Source of the DNA: Paraspadella gotoi
Lineage: Eukaryota; Animalia; Chaetognatha
NCBI GenBank assembly: GCA_051294375.1
Contig: CM119269.1
Coordinates: 3,844,932 to 3,908,931, forward strand
Direction of reading: 5' to 3'
DNA length: 64,000 bases
Below the pieces are notes generated by a model that was given only the letters and a program-made list of their open reading frames with translations, had not been told where the DNA came from and did not search any database. The translations under genes were made by a program, and so were the position numbers. Below, piece after piece: positions 41,759-55,080 of the stretch; within the stretch, counting starts at the first letter, position 1, and every line of letters begins with the position of its first letter.

Positions 41759-43000
41759 CCATCGTCTCTCTCGTCTCTCTCCAACAGGAACCCACCCTTT
41801 TCGCTGGCAGCATCGCGGAGAACATCGCCTACGGCAAACGCGGCGCGTCGGAGCAGGAGGTACGCGACGCAGCGAAGCAGGCGAACGCGCTGGAATTCAT
41901 CGAGGGATTTGAAGACAAGTTCGAGACGGTCGTCGGCGAGAGGGGGGTGAGTTATCCATTTGATTAACTTAATGAAATTAATTAATTAAAGTATTAAATC
42001 CCCGCAAGGTCCGACTCAGCGGCGGCCAGAAGCAACGCATCGCCATCGCGCGCGCCTTAATAATGAATCCCAAAATCCTTTTGCTGGACGAAGCGACGAG
42101 CGCATTGGACGCCGAGTCCGAGCATTTGGTGCAGGTCGGTATTGGGTGGACTGCGGATGTGGAAGTGAGTTCCATTACCGCCTCAACGACCACGCTGAGG
42201 ACTTGGTCGAAGCTCAGTCAACGAGCGTTGATAAAAAGAAGAAATCACGCAATTCTTGAATTCTAGTAGTTTAATACGTTGAACGCTTACTACTCGATCG
42301 TGATTGGCCGTTTTAAAAACTCAATCCATTTCTCCACCAATCAGGAAGCGATCGATCGAGCGATGAAATCGGGGAAGCGAACCGTCCTCGTCATCGCTCA
42401 TCGACTCTCCACCGTCAGAAATGCGCACGTCGTCGTCGTCATTCAGGTTTAAACAAAAATTTGGATTAATTGATCAATTGATTGATCGATTGATGATTGA
42501 TTGATTGATTTATTGATTGGTCGACTGATTGATCTGACCGATGACTTGGCAAAACATACTAAACTTTATTTCAATATCTTACAATGTAGTTCACCATCAT
42601 TCTTATTTTTCTGGAATAAAGACTGGAAATTGTTCTTAACATCTCACACTTTTTTTTTACTTCCCCTCTTCTTCCTCTTCCTCCTCCTCTTCCTCTCCAC
42701 CTTCAGGGCGGACGAGTCGCGGAAACCGGAACTCACGATTCTCTGATGGCGTTGGGCGGAGTCTACAAGAAACTCGTCCAGCGTCAGTTGGCGGCGGGAG
42801 AGGGAATGCTGGGAGGAGAGAGAGAGGAGGGAGAGGGAGATAGCGGAGAGGGAGAGGGAGAGAGTCGCGAGGGAGATAGAGAGAGGGAGGTGGGAGAGGG
42901 GAGGGAGGAGGAAGTCAGGATCGTGATGGACGACGACGACGACGACGACGACGACGATGAAGACGATAACCTAAATTCGGAGCGAAATCCATTGGTCTAA
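36821..43000 (+). CDS. ABCB-family half-transporter (TAP-like; TMD0-TMD-NBD), ~900 aa; exons 36821-36866, 37250-37347, 37720-37852, 38069-38243, 38432-38552, 38634-38789, 38907-39050, 39271-39471, 39774-40079, 40161-40278, 40358-40479, 40854-41015, 41181-41255, 41377-41476, 41545-41609, 41788-41946, 42009-42134, 42345-42446, 42707-43000
   Basis: All 18 introns are GT-AG and phase-consistent (2703 nt, no internal stop). TMD motif [34 protein letters not shown]; Walker [10 protein letters not shown]; Q-loop VSQEP; signature LSGGQ; Walker [13 protein letters not shown]; H-loop IAHRLST. The first two exons are less certain than the core. Confidence 0.92.
39480..39552. repeat. 14-bp tandem repeat (TTCATTGGATTAGA)x5 in ABCB intron 8
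   Basis: Directly visible. Confidence 0.9.
40576..40848. repeat. 22/23-bp minisatellite (CCCC(C)ACGCCATCTTCTCCATTT), ~12 copies, in ABCB intron 11 up to the acceptor
   Basis: Directly visible; source of the spurious [15 protein letters not shown] ORFs. Confidence 0.95.
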
Positions 43001-43731
43001 ATTCGCTCTATTTTATTTTCGAATTTTCGGAATGTTCGATGTTTTTTAAATTATTTTTGTTATGAACTTTTTTGTATTTGTTTACAAAGCTCGTTTAGCA
43101 GATGCAGAGCGATTGTAATTGTTGTTGAATTGAAAAGAATCAATTCATTGAATTGGAAAGAATCAATTCGTTGAATTGAAAAGAATCGATACGCTGTGAT
43201 GGACGAATTTGAATTATGAATCAAAAACCGGGTGCGTTCGGGTTTACATTTTGACTTATTACATTATTTGTCAATGAATCAAACATTGTTGCGTCTCATT
43301 GTTAAGATAGTTGAAATATCATTTTCAAATAGAAAATCCTTTGTTTTTCTTTCGTGTTTTTTTTTTTTTTTTTTAGCTTCGTCTTTTCATTCCCATATTC
43401 TTTATGTTTTTGTCTTGCTTTCTTTCTCTCTTGCTTTCTTTTTCTTCTTCTCTGTTTCTTTCTTTTTAATCTTTCTTTCTCTCTTTCTCTTTTATGTTGC
43501 TCCACGAGTACTTCTGCAGTCAAGTAATCATCGAGAAATATGTTTACCAAATAAAGTCTCTGCGGCGCAACACCTAACTTGCCGGTTTATGTTTTCCTTC
43601 ATCTTTTATTCCGTTCGTGATTCAGCTTCGATTCTAACTTTTATTCCCTAAAAAAAGTCAACAAACTAATGTTTATCCTTTCGAGTTCCATGAATTAATT
43701 CGCGAATGCGTTTCTTGCTGGTGGCACCTGA

Positions 43732-43824
<93 letters not shown>

Positions 43825-44151
43825 TTCCCGCGATGGAGACTCGAATAAAAAAAGAAACAAAACAAAGAAAACTTTGATATCGAATTTCTTGTTTAATTTG
43901 CGTCAATATTCTTCATTCGAAACTTTTTTTTCTCTTTGTTCGTCGTCGCTATCATCATCGTCATCACCATCATCATCATCGTCGTCGTCGTCCCCATCGT
44001 TTCCATTGCCATTCGACTTACCCCGATTTGGAATTCAAATTTAAGGGTCATTAATATCCTTTTTCATACCAATTTCATAAAATTCACCTTGTATTTTGAT
44101 GCTGGGCGGAGTACAATATAGTATTCGTTAATATTTCCTGATCTATTACTT

Positions 44152-44354
44152 AAATATTATACCACTTCATTGATAGGGAAGCCAGGTTCACTGGGAGTGA
44201 ATAAACGAGACTGTGAGAGAGTCTTGATTGAAAGCTTGCAGGGACCTGCTATGTCATTATTTTGATGGATTCCTTAAACAGACCAAAGCCTGTCCAAAGC
44301 GAGGGGCAAGATAGCTTATTTATAATAATTTTTATATTGTTGTACCAATTTCAT
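44152..44354 (+). repeat. dispersed ~210-bp repeat, copy 2
   Basis: Same orientation as 33710-33930, diverged by substitutions and short indels. Confidence 0.85.
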
Positions 44355-44495
44355 TTCATGAAGATTGCGATATCTTATCTTTCATCCCTTTATTATTACT
44401 AATATTATCATCAACATCATCATCATTATCATCCTCATCATTCTCTCTCTCTCTCTCTCCTCTCTCTCTTCTCTCTCTCTCTCTCTCTCTCCTCT

Positions 44496-44537
<42 letters not shown>

Positions 44538-45461
44538 CTCGGTCATCCATCATTTAAAGACGATGATTCCGTATCTTCTTCTCTTCCGTCAAATCGCGCT
44601 CTCTTCGTCTCGACACGAAAACGAAAAGAAAAAAGGATTAGTCATCGTCCCCGGGATCGGCAAAGACAGAGAGAGAGACGGAGAGAAACAGAGACAGAGA
44701 GACGAAGATATTTCTCCCATTTTTCGAGGTTTTTTTGTCCTTCGCCGTTTTAGTTGATTGGAGCTGGTGAATCTTTTCAATGAATTTTGGATAACGATTT
44801 TATTTTTTCAAAAGTTAAGGTTTTTAGACATAAGTTTTTTAGAATTATTTTTGTTCAAAATTTGTATTTTTAATTTTTTTTAAACTGTTACAATTTTTGA
44901 AAACGCTGATGAAGACTCAACCCTCAGAGTCAAAAACATGTCCGTCTTCTACTCTTATTAAAAATTCGTATGTAAAATAACAAAATAAACTTTTGTTTTC
45001 CCTAAATTTTGAAAAAAATATTAAACCTCGCATAAATTTAAGTAGTCTTTTAAGTTTTTAAAGTTCTACTAAATATAAATATTTCAAAACATGGAAATGA
45101 GTTTCCCTCATCTCCATGCATTTAAGCTTTTAAGAAGTTTTAAAACTCTCGATTTCTTTCACAAAAATGTGTTTTTAACAATTTTCCACGACCCTCCTCC
45201 TTCCTTCACCGTGGGGACCCGTATGTTTGAATCGTCCACTCGGGGCCAAGATCTTTTTCGGCGCTAGAGTAGCAAGAATTTGTTAAGGGGATTACGAGAA
45301 CTCCGGATTAGACACAAAAAAAAAAGGGGGAAAAACTTCAACAAATCTACTCTGCGAATGTTTTCTCTCCCTTTAAATCCTAAAAGAGAAATAGAATGCG
45401 AATTTAATTCGAGGATATTTTAAATAGTCTCTCTCTNNNNNNNNNNNNNNNNNNNNNNNNN

Positions 45462-46130
45462 TCGTCTTTGGACGCTTACGTGCAGGTAACTGCTACACTT
45501 ACTTATATTGACTCTTTTCGTCTTGTATTCTTAACGTGCAATATTCGCTTTATCAACCCTTTTCAGATGAATCGCTTAATGAACCCATGTCCGCAGAGTG
45601 GAACTCTCTTCCTAGCGCTGAACATCGTGTTCTGCTCTGTGCCGCAAATCTGCTGATTCTTGGGTGCTCCACCAAAAAATTCCAGAAGAATGCAAGGCAA
45701 CATCAAGCAAGGAGGTCTTGCTTAAAGAGAAAGAGTCGGTCAGAAGATCAATCGCAACCCTGCCTTCAAAAGAGGCGAAGGCTTAAGCTTATGGCTTGGC
45801 CCCGACTTTGTCTAATCTAGGTGACCCATAATAGCTATTAAATTTTTGCTGTACAGGAGGCGGAGGCGCGCGGAATTCGCGAAGCCGAGGAACCGAAGGA
45901 AAAATAACCCCTGAATTTGGGTCGTTTGCTGCGGATGGCCGAAAACCAGAACTGCCGGCTCATCCTACGGGACTCGGTCTTTCTTTGCGGCAGCTACTGG
46001 TTTCGCAGAATGGTGAAGTTTCTGCGGAGTCTCGTTTGGTTAGTTTCAATGATGGAGCCTTCATAAAAGAGATTGGGACGAAAGGTTTTGACCAAATCGA
46101 GTGCCCATTACTTTAGTATACAACTCATTA

Positions 46131-46209
<79 letters not shown>

Positions 46210-48993
46210 CCTCTCTTTCCCTCTCTCTCCCTTATTCCCTCTCAGGTCTCCCCTTTATTCTGTCGGCAAAAGTTGGTTCGATTTTGCCTCCATGACTTCG
46301 ACGGACGACTTGCGGAGACGGTCCCTGACCCCTTCTCGGATATTCTACTTGGCCGCCAACTTTCTGCGGATTCTTGAGTCTTGGATCTTCATCTGGCCGA
46401 GAGAGATTCGGTGGGCCAGAGTCAGGAGGAGAAACGCTTTCATCTCCATCATCAATTCAGGTTTTTAATTCATCTGGATTAGATTCACTGGAGAACATTA
46501 GATTCATTGGATTAGATTCATTGGATTTAGAATTCCTTGACTTGATCAAAGTTGAATCTCTAAATAAGATTGAGTTTAGCAATTGTGTCACAAAGCAGGA
46601 ATCTTACTGAAAGACTGATTTGACAGCCATGACTTCATTCGATTTAAACTGATTTGATTTGAATAAATGATTAACTGATTACCCGAAGACTTCGGGTTGA
46701 CCTAAATTACCAAATCTGACTCGACATCGATCCATCATTCCACCCCCCCCCCCAACCCAACCCCTTCCAAAGGACGTCGGTTCTCTTCGACTCCAGCCAA
46801 AACGGCAGAGGGAATTGACGAAAGACCGCTTGGCCTTCCGGACACTCAAGTCATCCAAAACCGCGTCACCGTTGAACATCTCCATGCTCGTCCGCTACAC
46901 GGCTGCAGATCGTCGGCTCCGATCGTCCTCATGTTCGGCCCTCTCTGCCCCGACTGACGCGGCGTCCTCCTCGCCGTTGGTGCCCGTCGTCTCGCTGGCC
47001 AGCGTTCGTCTACGGCAAATTTATCGGGGCGAATTTAGGCAAAAAGTATCAGGACAAGTGGCTGTGGCGGGGGGGACTGCGGAGGAGAGCATTCGCAGCG
47101 TTGCGTTGGTTGGTTGCTCTGCTGCTGCTTGCTGATCACTATCTTAACTTATCTTATTCCCCACACATTCCCACCCTTTAGGTGCGGACAGTCCGCGCCT
47201 TCGTGCCGAACAGAGAACGATCGAAGCGTACAGCGAAGATATTTAACGCCACGTACGCCTATGGGGAAAAAAGTTGGCGTTGTTGAAGGGATCTTTTCAA
47301 GGTGGCAAGAGGTCACAGATTTTCATTTTCAAAAAAAAAAAAAGGAAACTCCGGGCTTTTAATGATAATTTTCTTTGCCAGGCATGGTGGCGAGCGCTGG
47401 CCTTGCTCAATAAACCCTTGTTCTCTGGTACGGATGGGACGCTCGTCTACCAGAAAGAATCACCCCTTGGAGTCCTCACCTCCTTTTTCATGTACACCCT
47501 GACGGTAAATGGAGAAAGTAAACGGTTAAAAGTACATATTATCAAGTTTTAAAAATAGAAAGTTAACACAACATTAACAAAATATATTGCTAAGCGTTCT
47601 AAGTCCCCCACGCCATCCTTCTCCATTTCCCCCACGCCATCTTCTCCATTTCCCCCACGCCATCTATCCATTTCCCCCAACGCCATCTTCTCCATTTCCC
47701 CACGCCATCTCCCATTTTCCCCACCGCCATCCTTCTCATTTCCCCCACGCCCATTCTTTCTCCATTTCCCCCACGCCATCTTCTCCTTCCCCACGCCATC
47801 TTCTCCATTTCCCCCACGCCATCTTCTCCATTTCCCCCACGCCATCTTCTCCATTTCCCCCACGCCATCTTCTCCATTCCCCCACGCCATCTTCTCCATT
47901 TTCCCCCACGCCATCTTCTCCATCCCCCACGCCAATCTGTCTCCATTTTCCTCCAGGTGGCCATGGCCTCCGCCTTTCTCGCTGGCCTCTACGGCGACTT
48001 CATTGCAGGCCCGTTCGGCGCCTCCGTCCGAGGACTTCGAACTCTATGGAGTGAACCAGCGCGGGAAATCGCCGTTCAGCTGCGGCTCTCTGCCTTACTG
48101 TCGAGCAGTCTACAGCGGACCAGTCGACTGACAGTGCTGCGGGCGATCGCAGCTCTCCTCATCGCCCCAAGCATGTATTAAGGTGAGGTTTATGGGGTAA
48201 GGAGCTATTGGGGAGTATGGGAAAAGGGATGCAGAAATGCGGAGGTGAGAATCGATTGAAAGGTGAGTCTCGGATTAGAAGGACGACAAAATGTTAGCAG
48301 TATGTATCATAAACCCAGATATCCTGACACTATAATTTCATCGTTTCCCCAACAGTGTCTGTTTCACCTACCGACGAGGAAAAAGACGACCAAAAGTTTT
48401 GTTCCGACCCTCGAGGTTTCAAGAGTAGATCCGGTGAGACGTGAGCGCGGTGATTCCCAAAGCCTCAATGTCTTTTATAATTTTTTTTTTGTTTGTTTTT
48501 TTTAATTTTTTTTTTTTTTTTATTTTTTTTTTTTTTTTAATACAAACAAACATTATTTATTTATTTTCTTGATTTTTGCTAAATTTTTCTTCTTACCGGT
48601 TGTAACACGCTCCCTTTTTCCCGCCATTCTTAAGGTCGTCGCCCTTGGTCGGGTCCCTTGGCGGCGGAAAGTCGACCATCGGTTCCACTTTTGGGAGAGA
48701 AATTTTATGTCCGGCTGAGTGTCCTGAATCTGGAAACATTTAACGGAGTGTAAGTTATTAAAACTATAAGTTTTTTATATGTTTTATATGTTTTATATGT
48801 TTTATATGTTTTTCAGGTGAAAACGTGTTCTAAACTTGACCCGTCCTGGATGCGGAACGAGTTATGTCCCCTCGTTTCTCAGGTTTGAAGGATGTGGTGG
48901 AAGAAAGGAAAAGGCAAAGAAAAGGAAAGGAAAAGGAGAAGGAAAGGGCGTCCACCTCGTGTGCTGTTAAGTGTAAGGAAGTGGATCTCCTCT

Positions 48994-49030
<37 letters not shown>

Positions 49031-51139
49031 CGTCTCTCTCTTCTCTCTCTCCTCTGTCTCTCTCTCTCTCTGCTCTCTCTCTCTCTCTCACTCTCTCTCG
49101 TCACTCTCTTTTCACTCTCTTTCTCACTCTCCAACAGGAACCCACCCTTTTTCGCTGGCAGCATGCGGAGAACATCGCCTTACGGCAAACGCGGCGCGTT
49201 CGGAGCAGGAGTACGCGACGCAGCGAAAGCAGGCGAACGCGCTGGAATTCGAGTCGAGGGATTGGAAGACAAGTTCGAGACGTCGTCGGCGGAGAGGGGG
49301 GTGAGTATCCATTGATTAACTTAATGAAATTAATTAATTAAAGTATTAAATCCCCGCAAGGTCCGACTCGCGCGGCCAGAAGCAACGCATCGCCATCGCG
49401 CGCGCCTTAAAATGAATCCCAAAATCCTTTGCTGACGAAGCGACGAGCGATTGACGCCGAGTCCGAGCATTTGAGTGCAGGTCGGTATTGGGGTGGATGC
49501 GGATGTGGAAGTGAAGTTCCATTTCCGCCGTCAACGACCACGCTGAGGACTTGGTCGAAGCTCAGTCAACGAGCGTGATAAAAAGAAGAAAGTCACGCAA
49601 TTTCTTTGAATTCTAGTAGTTTAATACGTTGAACTCTTACTACTCGACGGTGATTGCCGTTTTTAAAAACTCAATCCATTTCTCCACCAATCAGGAAGCG
49701 AATACGGCGATGAAAATCGGGGGAAGCGAACCGTCCTCGTTCATCGCTCATCGAGCTCTACCTACCGTCAGAAATGCCGCACGTCGTCGTCGTCAGTTCA
49801 GGTTTAAACAAAAATTTGATTAAGTTGATTCAATTGATTGATCGATTGTATGATTGCATTGATTGATTTATTGATTGGTCGAGCTGATTGATCGTGACGA
49901 TGACTTGCCCGAAACATTGGACTAAACTTATTCAATTATTACGGAAGTGGTGTTCACCATATTCTGTATTTTTCTGGGATAAAGACTGGAAATTGTTATA
50001 ACATCTTCCACGTTTTTTTTTACTGTCCCCTTCTTCTTGCCTCTCCTCCTCCTCTCCTCTCCACCTTCAGGAGCGAACGATCGCGGAAACCGGAACTCAC
50101 GATTCTTGATGGCGTTGGGCGCGAGTCTACAAGAACTTCGCCAGCGTCAGTGTGGCGCGAGAGGAATGCTGGGAGGAGGAGAGAGGAGGAGAGGAGATAC
50201 GGAGAGGAGAGGAGAGAGTCGCGAGGGAGAATAGAGAGAGGGAGGTGGGAGAGGGGAGGGAGAGGAAGTCAGGGGATTCTCGTGATGGACGACGGACGAA
50301 CGACGACGGACGACCGACGACGTTGAACGATAAACCTAAATTCGGAGCGAAATCCATTGGTCTAAATTCGCTCTATTTTATTTTCGAATTTTCGGAATTT
50401 CGATGTTTTTAAATATATTTTGTTATGAACTTTTTTGTATTTGTTTACAAAGCTCGTTTTAGCAGATGCACGAGCGATTGTAATTGTTGTTGAATTGAAG
50501 AATCAATTCATTGAATGGAAAGAATCAATTGCGTGGAATTGGAAAAGAATTCGATACGCTGGTGAATGGACGAATCGAGATTATGAATCAAAAACCGGGT
50601 GCGTTCGGGTTTACATTTGACTTATTACATTATTTGTCAATGAATTCCAAACATTGTTGCGTCCTCGATTGTTAGATAGTGAAATAGCATTTCAAATAGA
50701 AAATCCTTTGTTTTTCTTTCGTGTTTTTTTTTTTTTTAGCTTCGGTGCGTTTTCGATTCCCATATTCTTTATGTTTTTGTTGCTTTCTTTCTCTTCTTGC
50801 GTTCTTTTTCTTTCTCTCTGTTCTTTCTTTTTAATCTTTCTTTCTCTCTTTCTCTTTATGTTGCTCCACGAGTACTTCTGCAGCAAGTTAATCATCGAGA
50901 AATATGTTCAATAGAAAGTTCTCTGCGGCGGCAACACCTAACTTGCCGGTTTATGGGTTTTGTCCTTTCATCTTTTATTCCGTTCGGATTCAGCTTCGAT
51001 CTTTAATTTTATTCCCTAAAAAAAAGTTCAGACAAGACTAATGTTTATCCGTTTCGAGTATCGCATTGAATTAATTTCGCGAATTTGCTTTCCCTTGCTT
51101 GTGGCCTGATCTTCTCTTCTCTCTCTTCTCTCTCTCTCT

Positions 51140-51189
<50 letters not shown>

Positions 51190-52855
51190 GTCTCTCCTCT
51201 CTCTCGTCTCTCTCTCTTCCTTCCCGCGATGGAGACTCGAGAGTAAAAAAAGAAACAAACAAAAAAACTTTGATATCGAAGTTTCTTGTTAATTTGCGGT
51301 CAAGTAGTTCGTTTCATTCGAAACTTTTTTTTCTCTTTGTTCGCGTCCGGCGTATCATCATCGTCATCACTCAATCATCATCGTCGTCGTCGTCACCCAT
51401 CGTTTTCCATTGCCATACGACTTACCCCCCGATTTGGAATTCAAATTTAAGGGTCAATGAATATCTTTTTTCATACCAATGTTTCATAAAATTTCACCCT
51501 TGTTATTTTTGATGCTGGGCGGGAAAGTTACAATATAGTATTCGTTAATATTCCTGATCTATTACTAAATATGTATACAACTTCATTGATAGGGGAAAGG
51601 CAACAGGTTCACTGGGAGTGAATAAACGAGACTGTGAGAGAGTCCTTGATTGAAAGCTTGCAGGGACCTGCTATGTCATTATTTTGAGGATTCCTTAAAC
51701 AGCACCAAAAGCCTGTCCAAAGCGAGGGGCAAGATAGCTTATTTATAATAATTTCTATATTGTTGTACCAATTTCATTTCATGAGATTGCGATATCTTAT
51801 CTTTCATCCCCTTTATTAATTACAATGATTATTCATCAAAACATCATCATCATTATCATCCTCATCATTCTCTCTCTCTCTCTCTCCTCTCTCTCTTCTC
51901 TCTCTCTCTCTCTCTCTCCTTTCTCCTCTCTCATCTCTCTCTCTTCTCTTCTCTCTCATCATCTGCGGTCATCATCATTTAAAGACGATGATTCCGTATC
52001 TTCTTCTCTTCCGTCAATCCGCTTCTCTTCGTCTGACACGAAAACGAAAAAGAAAAAAGGATTAGTCATCGTCTCCCGGGATCGGCAAAGACAGAGAGAG
52101 AGACGGAGAGAAACAGGAGACAGAGAGACGAAGATATTTCTCCCATTTTTCGAGGTTTTTTTTGCTTCCTTCGCCGTTTTAGTTGATTGGAGCTGTGTGA
52201 ATCTTTTCAATGATTTTGGATAACGATTTTATTTTTCAAAAGTTGAAGTTTTTAGACATAAGTTTTTTAGAATTATTTTTGTTCAAAATTTGTATTTTTA
52301 ATTTTTTTTAAACTGTTACAATTTTTGAAAACGCTGATGAAGACTCAACCCTCAGAGTCAAAAACATGTCCGTCTTCTACTCTTATTAAAAATTCGTATG
52401 TAAAATAACAAGAATAAACTTTTGTTTTCCCTAAATTTGAAAAAATATTAAACCTCGCATAAATTATAAGTAGTCTTTTAAGTTTTTTATAGTTCTACTA
52501 AATATAAATATTTCAAAACATGGTAAATGAGTTCTCCCTCATCTCCATGCATTTAAGCTTTTAAGAAAGTTTTAAACTTCTCGATTTTCTTCACAAAATG
52601 TGTTTTTAACATTTTCCACGACCCTCCTCCTCCTTCACCGTGGGGACCCGTATGTTGAATCGTCCACTCGGGCAAGATCTTTTTCGGCGCTAGAGTAGCA
52701 AGAATTTGTTAAAGGGGATTACTGAGAACTCGGATTAACACAAAAAAAAAAGGGGAAAAACTTCAAAACAAATCTACTCTGCGAATGTTTTCTCTCCCTT
52801 TAAATCCTAAAAGAGAAATAGAATGCGAATTTAATTCGAGGATATTTTTAAATAG

Positions 52856-52858
<3 letters not shown>
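45462..52858 (+). other. indel-riddled second copy of 38532-45436 (ABCB exons 5-19 plus 3' flank); probable uncorrected long-read gap fill rather than a pseudogene
   Basis: Begins right after a 25-N gap. Introns, microsatellites and flank are all copied. Differences are dense single-base indels equally in exons and introns, with a junk burst at ~48080-48170. Confidence 0.8.
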
Positions 52859-52928
<70 letters not shown>

Positions 52929-53489
52929 GCTCGTCTCTCTCTCTCTCTCAGGGTCGTCAAATCTTTGCGTCGTTTAGTGAGACAGGGATGACAAACAACC
53001 GGGCGGACAAACAGAGCGGCGCCGTTTTGGCGGCTTTAGTCCTCAAGGGACAACAATTGCTCTCCGATTCTGCAGGCGCGTCATCTTTGTTAGACAAATA
53101 GATTAAAACTTATTAGTTTCTTTATATATTTTGTTCGAAATTTGGTTGAAACTTTAGTTTTCATTTTCCTCGAGTTTTATTGTAATTTTATTTAAAAAAA
53201 CAAAACCATAAGTAAATTAAAAGACAAGATAGTAATCGACCTTACGCATGAACGAATCAATCACTGCGCTCCAAGTCAAATTTTGCTCGTTATGAAAAGC
53301 GAAATTGTTCCTCAGCAAACCCGTAATATTCACTCACTCCCTATTTTTGCGCCTTCTTTATTTCCCAATTTTGATAAAACGATGCGCAAACTCCAAATTC
53401 TGGGACCAGGTAACCCAAAACCTCGTCCCTTCCCTTAAAAAAAAAAGGAAGAAACCCCAACGTAAATGGGGAGAGTCTCTAAAAAGAAA

Positions 53490-53562
53490 AACCGCGACAC
53501 AGCGGGATTCGAACCACTGACTCGGTAACCGCAAAGAGAGAAGAGGCGTCCATCTACTCGAG
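53490..53562 (-). mobile_element. tRNA-like/SINE-like fragment (B box)
   Basis: Minus strand reads ...GAGTCAGTGGTTCGAATCCCGCTG..., a canonical GGTTCGAATCC B box. No convincing acceptor stem or anticodon arm. Confidence 0.35.
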
Positions 53563-53795
53563 ACCCACTTTTCTTTTTTTTCTTTCTCTTTCTTTTCCTC
53601 TTCTTTTTCTGCCCCCCCCCTTTCACTTATCTTTTCTACCCTTTTTATGTTCGGCAATGCGTGTGTAATGCGCCAAAGTTTTCTTTTTATCTCGACGAAG
53701 GAATTCGGTCCTCGTCTTGGTTGACTCATCTTTCTTTCTTTTCTTTCTTTTCTTTTCTTTTCTTTTCTTTTCTTTTCTTTTCTTTTCTTTCTTTC

Positions 53796-53852
<57 letters not shown>

Positions 53853-54877
53853 CTCTTTCTTTCTTTCTTTCTTTCTTTTTAAAGATGGTCCGATCTCCGG
53901 GAGCCTTCGTTCGTTCGTTGGATGAATTATTGCAGTTTCGTTGTTCGTTGATTTTTAATTAGGACGCTGGTTTGTTCGTTTTGTTCAATCATTAAAAAAT
54001 TACGGTTCCTAGAAGGTAAGTTCTTGGTTAGTACGTGAGTTAAGTTAAGTTAAGTTAAGTGCTCAGTTGAGTCATCGATTGACGTAAAATCAATCGTCTG
54101 ATTTACAACATTCCATTCTTCGTCGTCGTTTTCTTTGTTGTTGTTGTTTTCATTTTTTCTCTATTCGATCCTTTCATGGGTGAATTCCCTCGCGGAATTA
54201 CATCCTTAAAAAATCTGATCACGTGACTCGAATGAATCATCGAAGTGATTTGCGGAAAAAAGAACGATTGCACGTTGGAATGAAAAATTATCTGAAAAAA
54301 AAAATTAACGAAGGATCGAAGGAAAGAACAAAAGAAATCAGGAAGGAAGAAATTATAGACCGCACCAAACATTCANNNNNNNNNNNNNNNNNNNNNNNNN
54401 NNNNNNNNNNNNNNNNNNNNNNNNNNNNNNNNNNNNNNNNNNNNNNNNNNNNNNNNNNNNNNNNNNNNNNNNNNNNNNNNNNNNNNNNNNNNNNNNNNNN
54501 NNNNNNNNNNNNNNNNNNNNNNNNNNNNNNNNNNNNNNNNNNNNNNNNNNNNNNNNNNNNNNNNNNNNNNNNNNNNNNNNNNNNNNNNNNNNNNNNNNNN
54601 NNNNNNNNNNNNNNNNNNNNNNNNNNNNNNNNGCTAATTGAGCGACGAGCCACTCGAGGATTCCCCTTTGCTGATGGCGTCGCGCTTGACTTGGCTCCGT
54701 CGCGGATGCTGCCTCTCTTTGTCAAAGATCCGTCATACTATCATTTTTGTCATCACACAGTTTTGTCATATCATCAATTTCTTTCCCCGTGATCGAGGCG
54801 ATTTGTCCGCCACGCATCGTTTGATCTGTAGTCGGGCATTGCCTAGGTTCACCCCGCCTATAAGCATGACACCTTCA

Positions 54878-55080
54878 GTCATGACACGGTGGCTCATTGA
54901 GTAAAGCCATCAGCTCATGACCACTAGGTACTGGGTTTAACCCGGTACCTACTCTGCGACAAGCGTGAGGACGCCCGTAGCCGCCTTGGGGGCGTGGAAA
55001 ACCCTCAAGCCTGGTTCCAAGCCCAGGACCCGTTCCATGGCTGCTACAGGGGGTTAAATTACTCTTCAGCCCCACTTAGC
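54878..55080 (+). mobile_element. tRNA-derived SINE-like element
   Basis: GGTGGCTCATTGAGTAAAGC (A-box-like) and CTGGGTTTAACCCGG (B-box-like) at tRNA-like spacing, followed by a GC-rich body. Confidence 0.4.

Noticed and set aside
45462-52858. Genuine ABCB paralogue or pseudogene
   Set aside because: The indel-dominated error profile and start at a 25-N gap fit uncorrected long-read sequence better.
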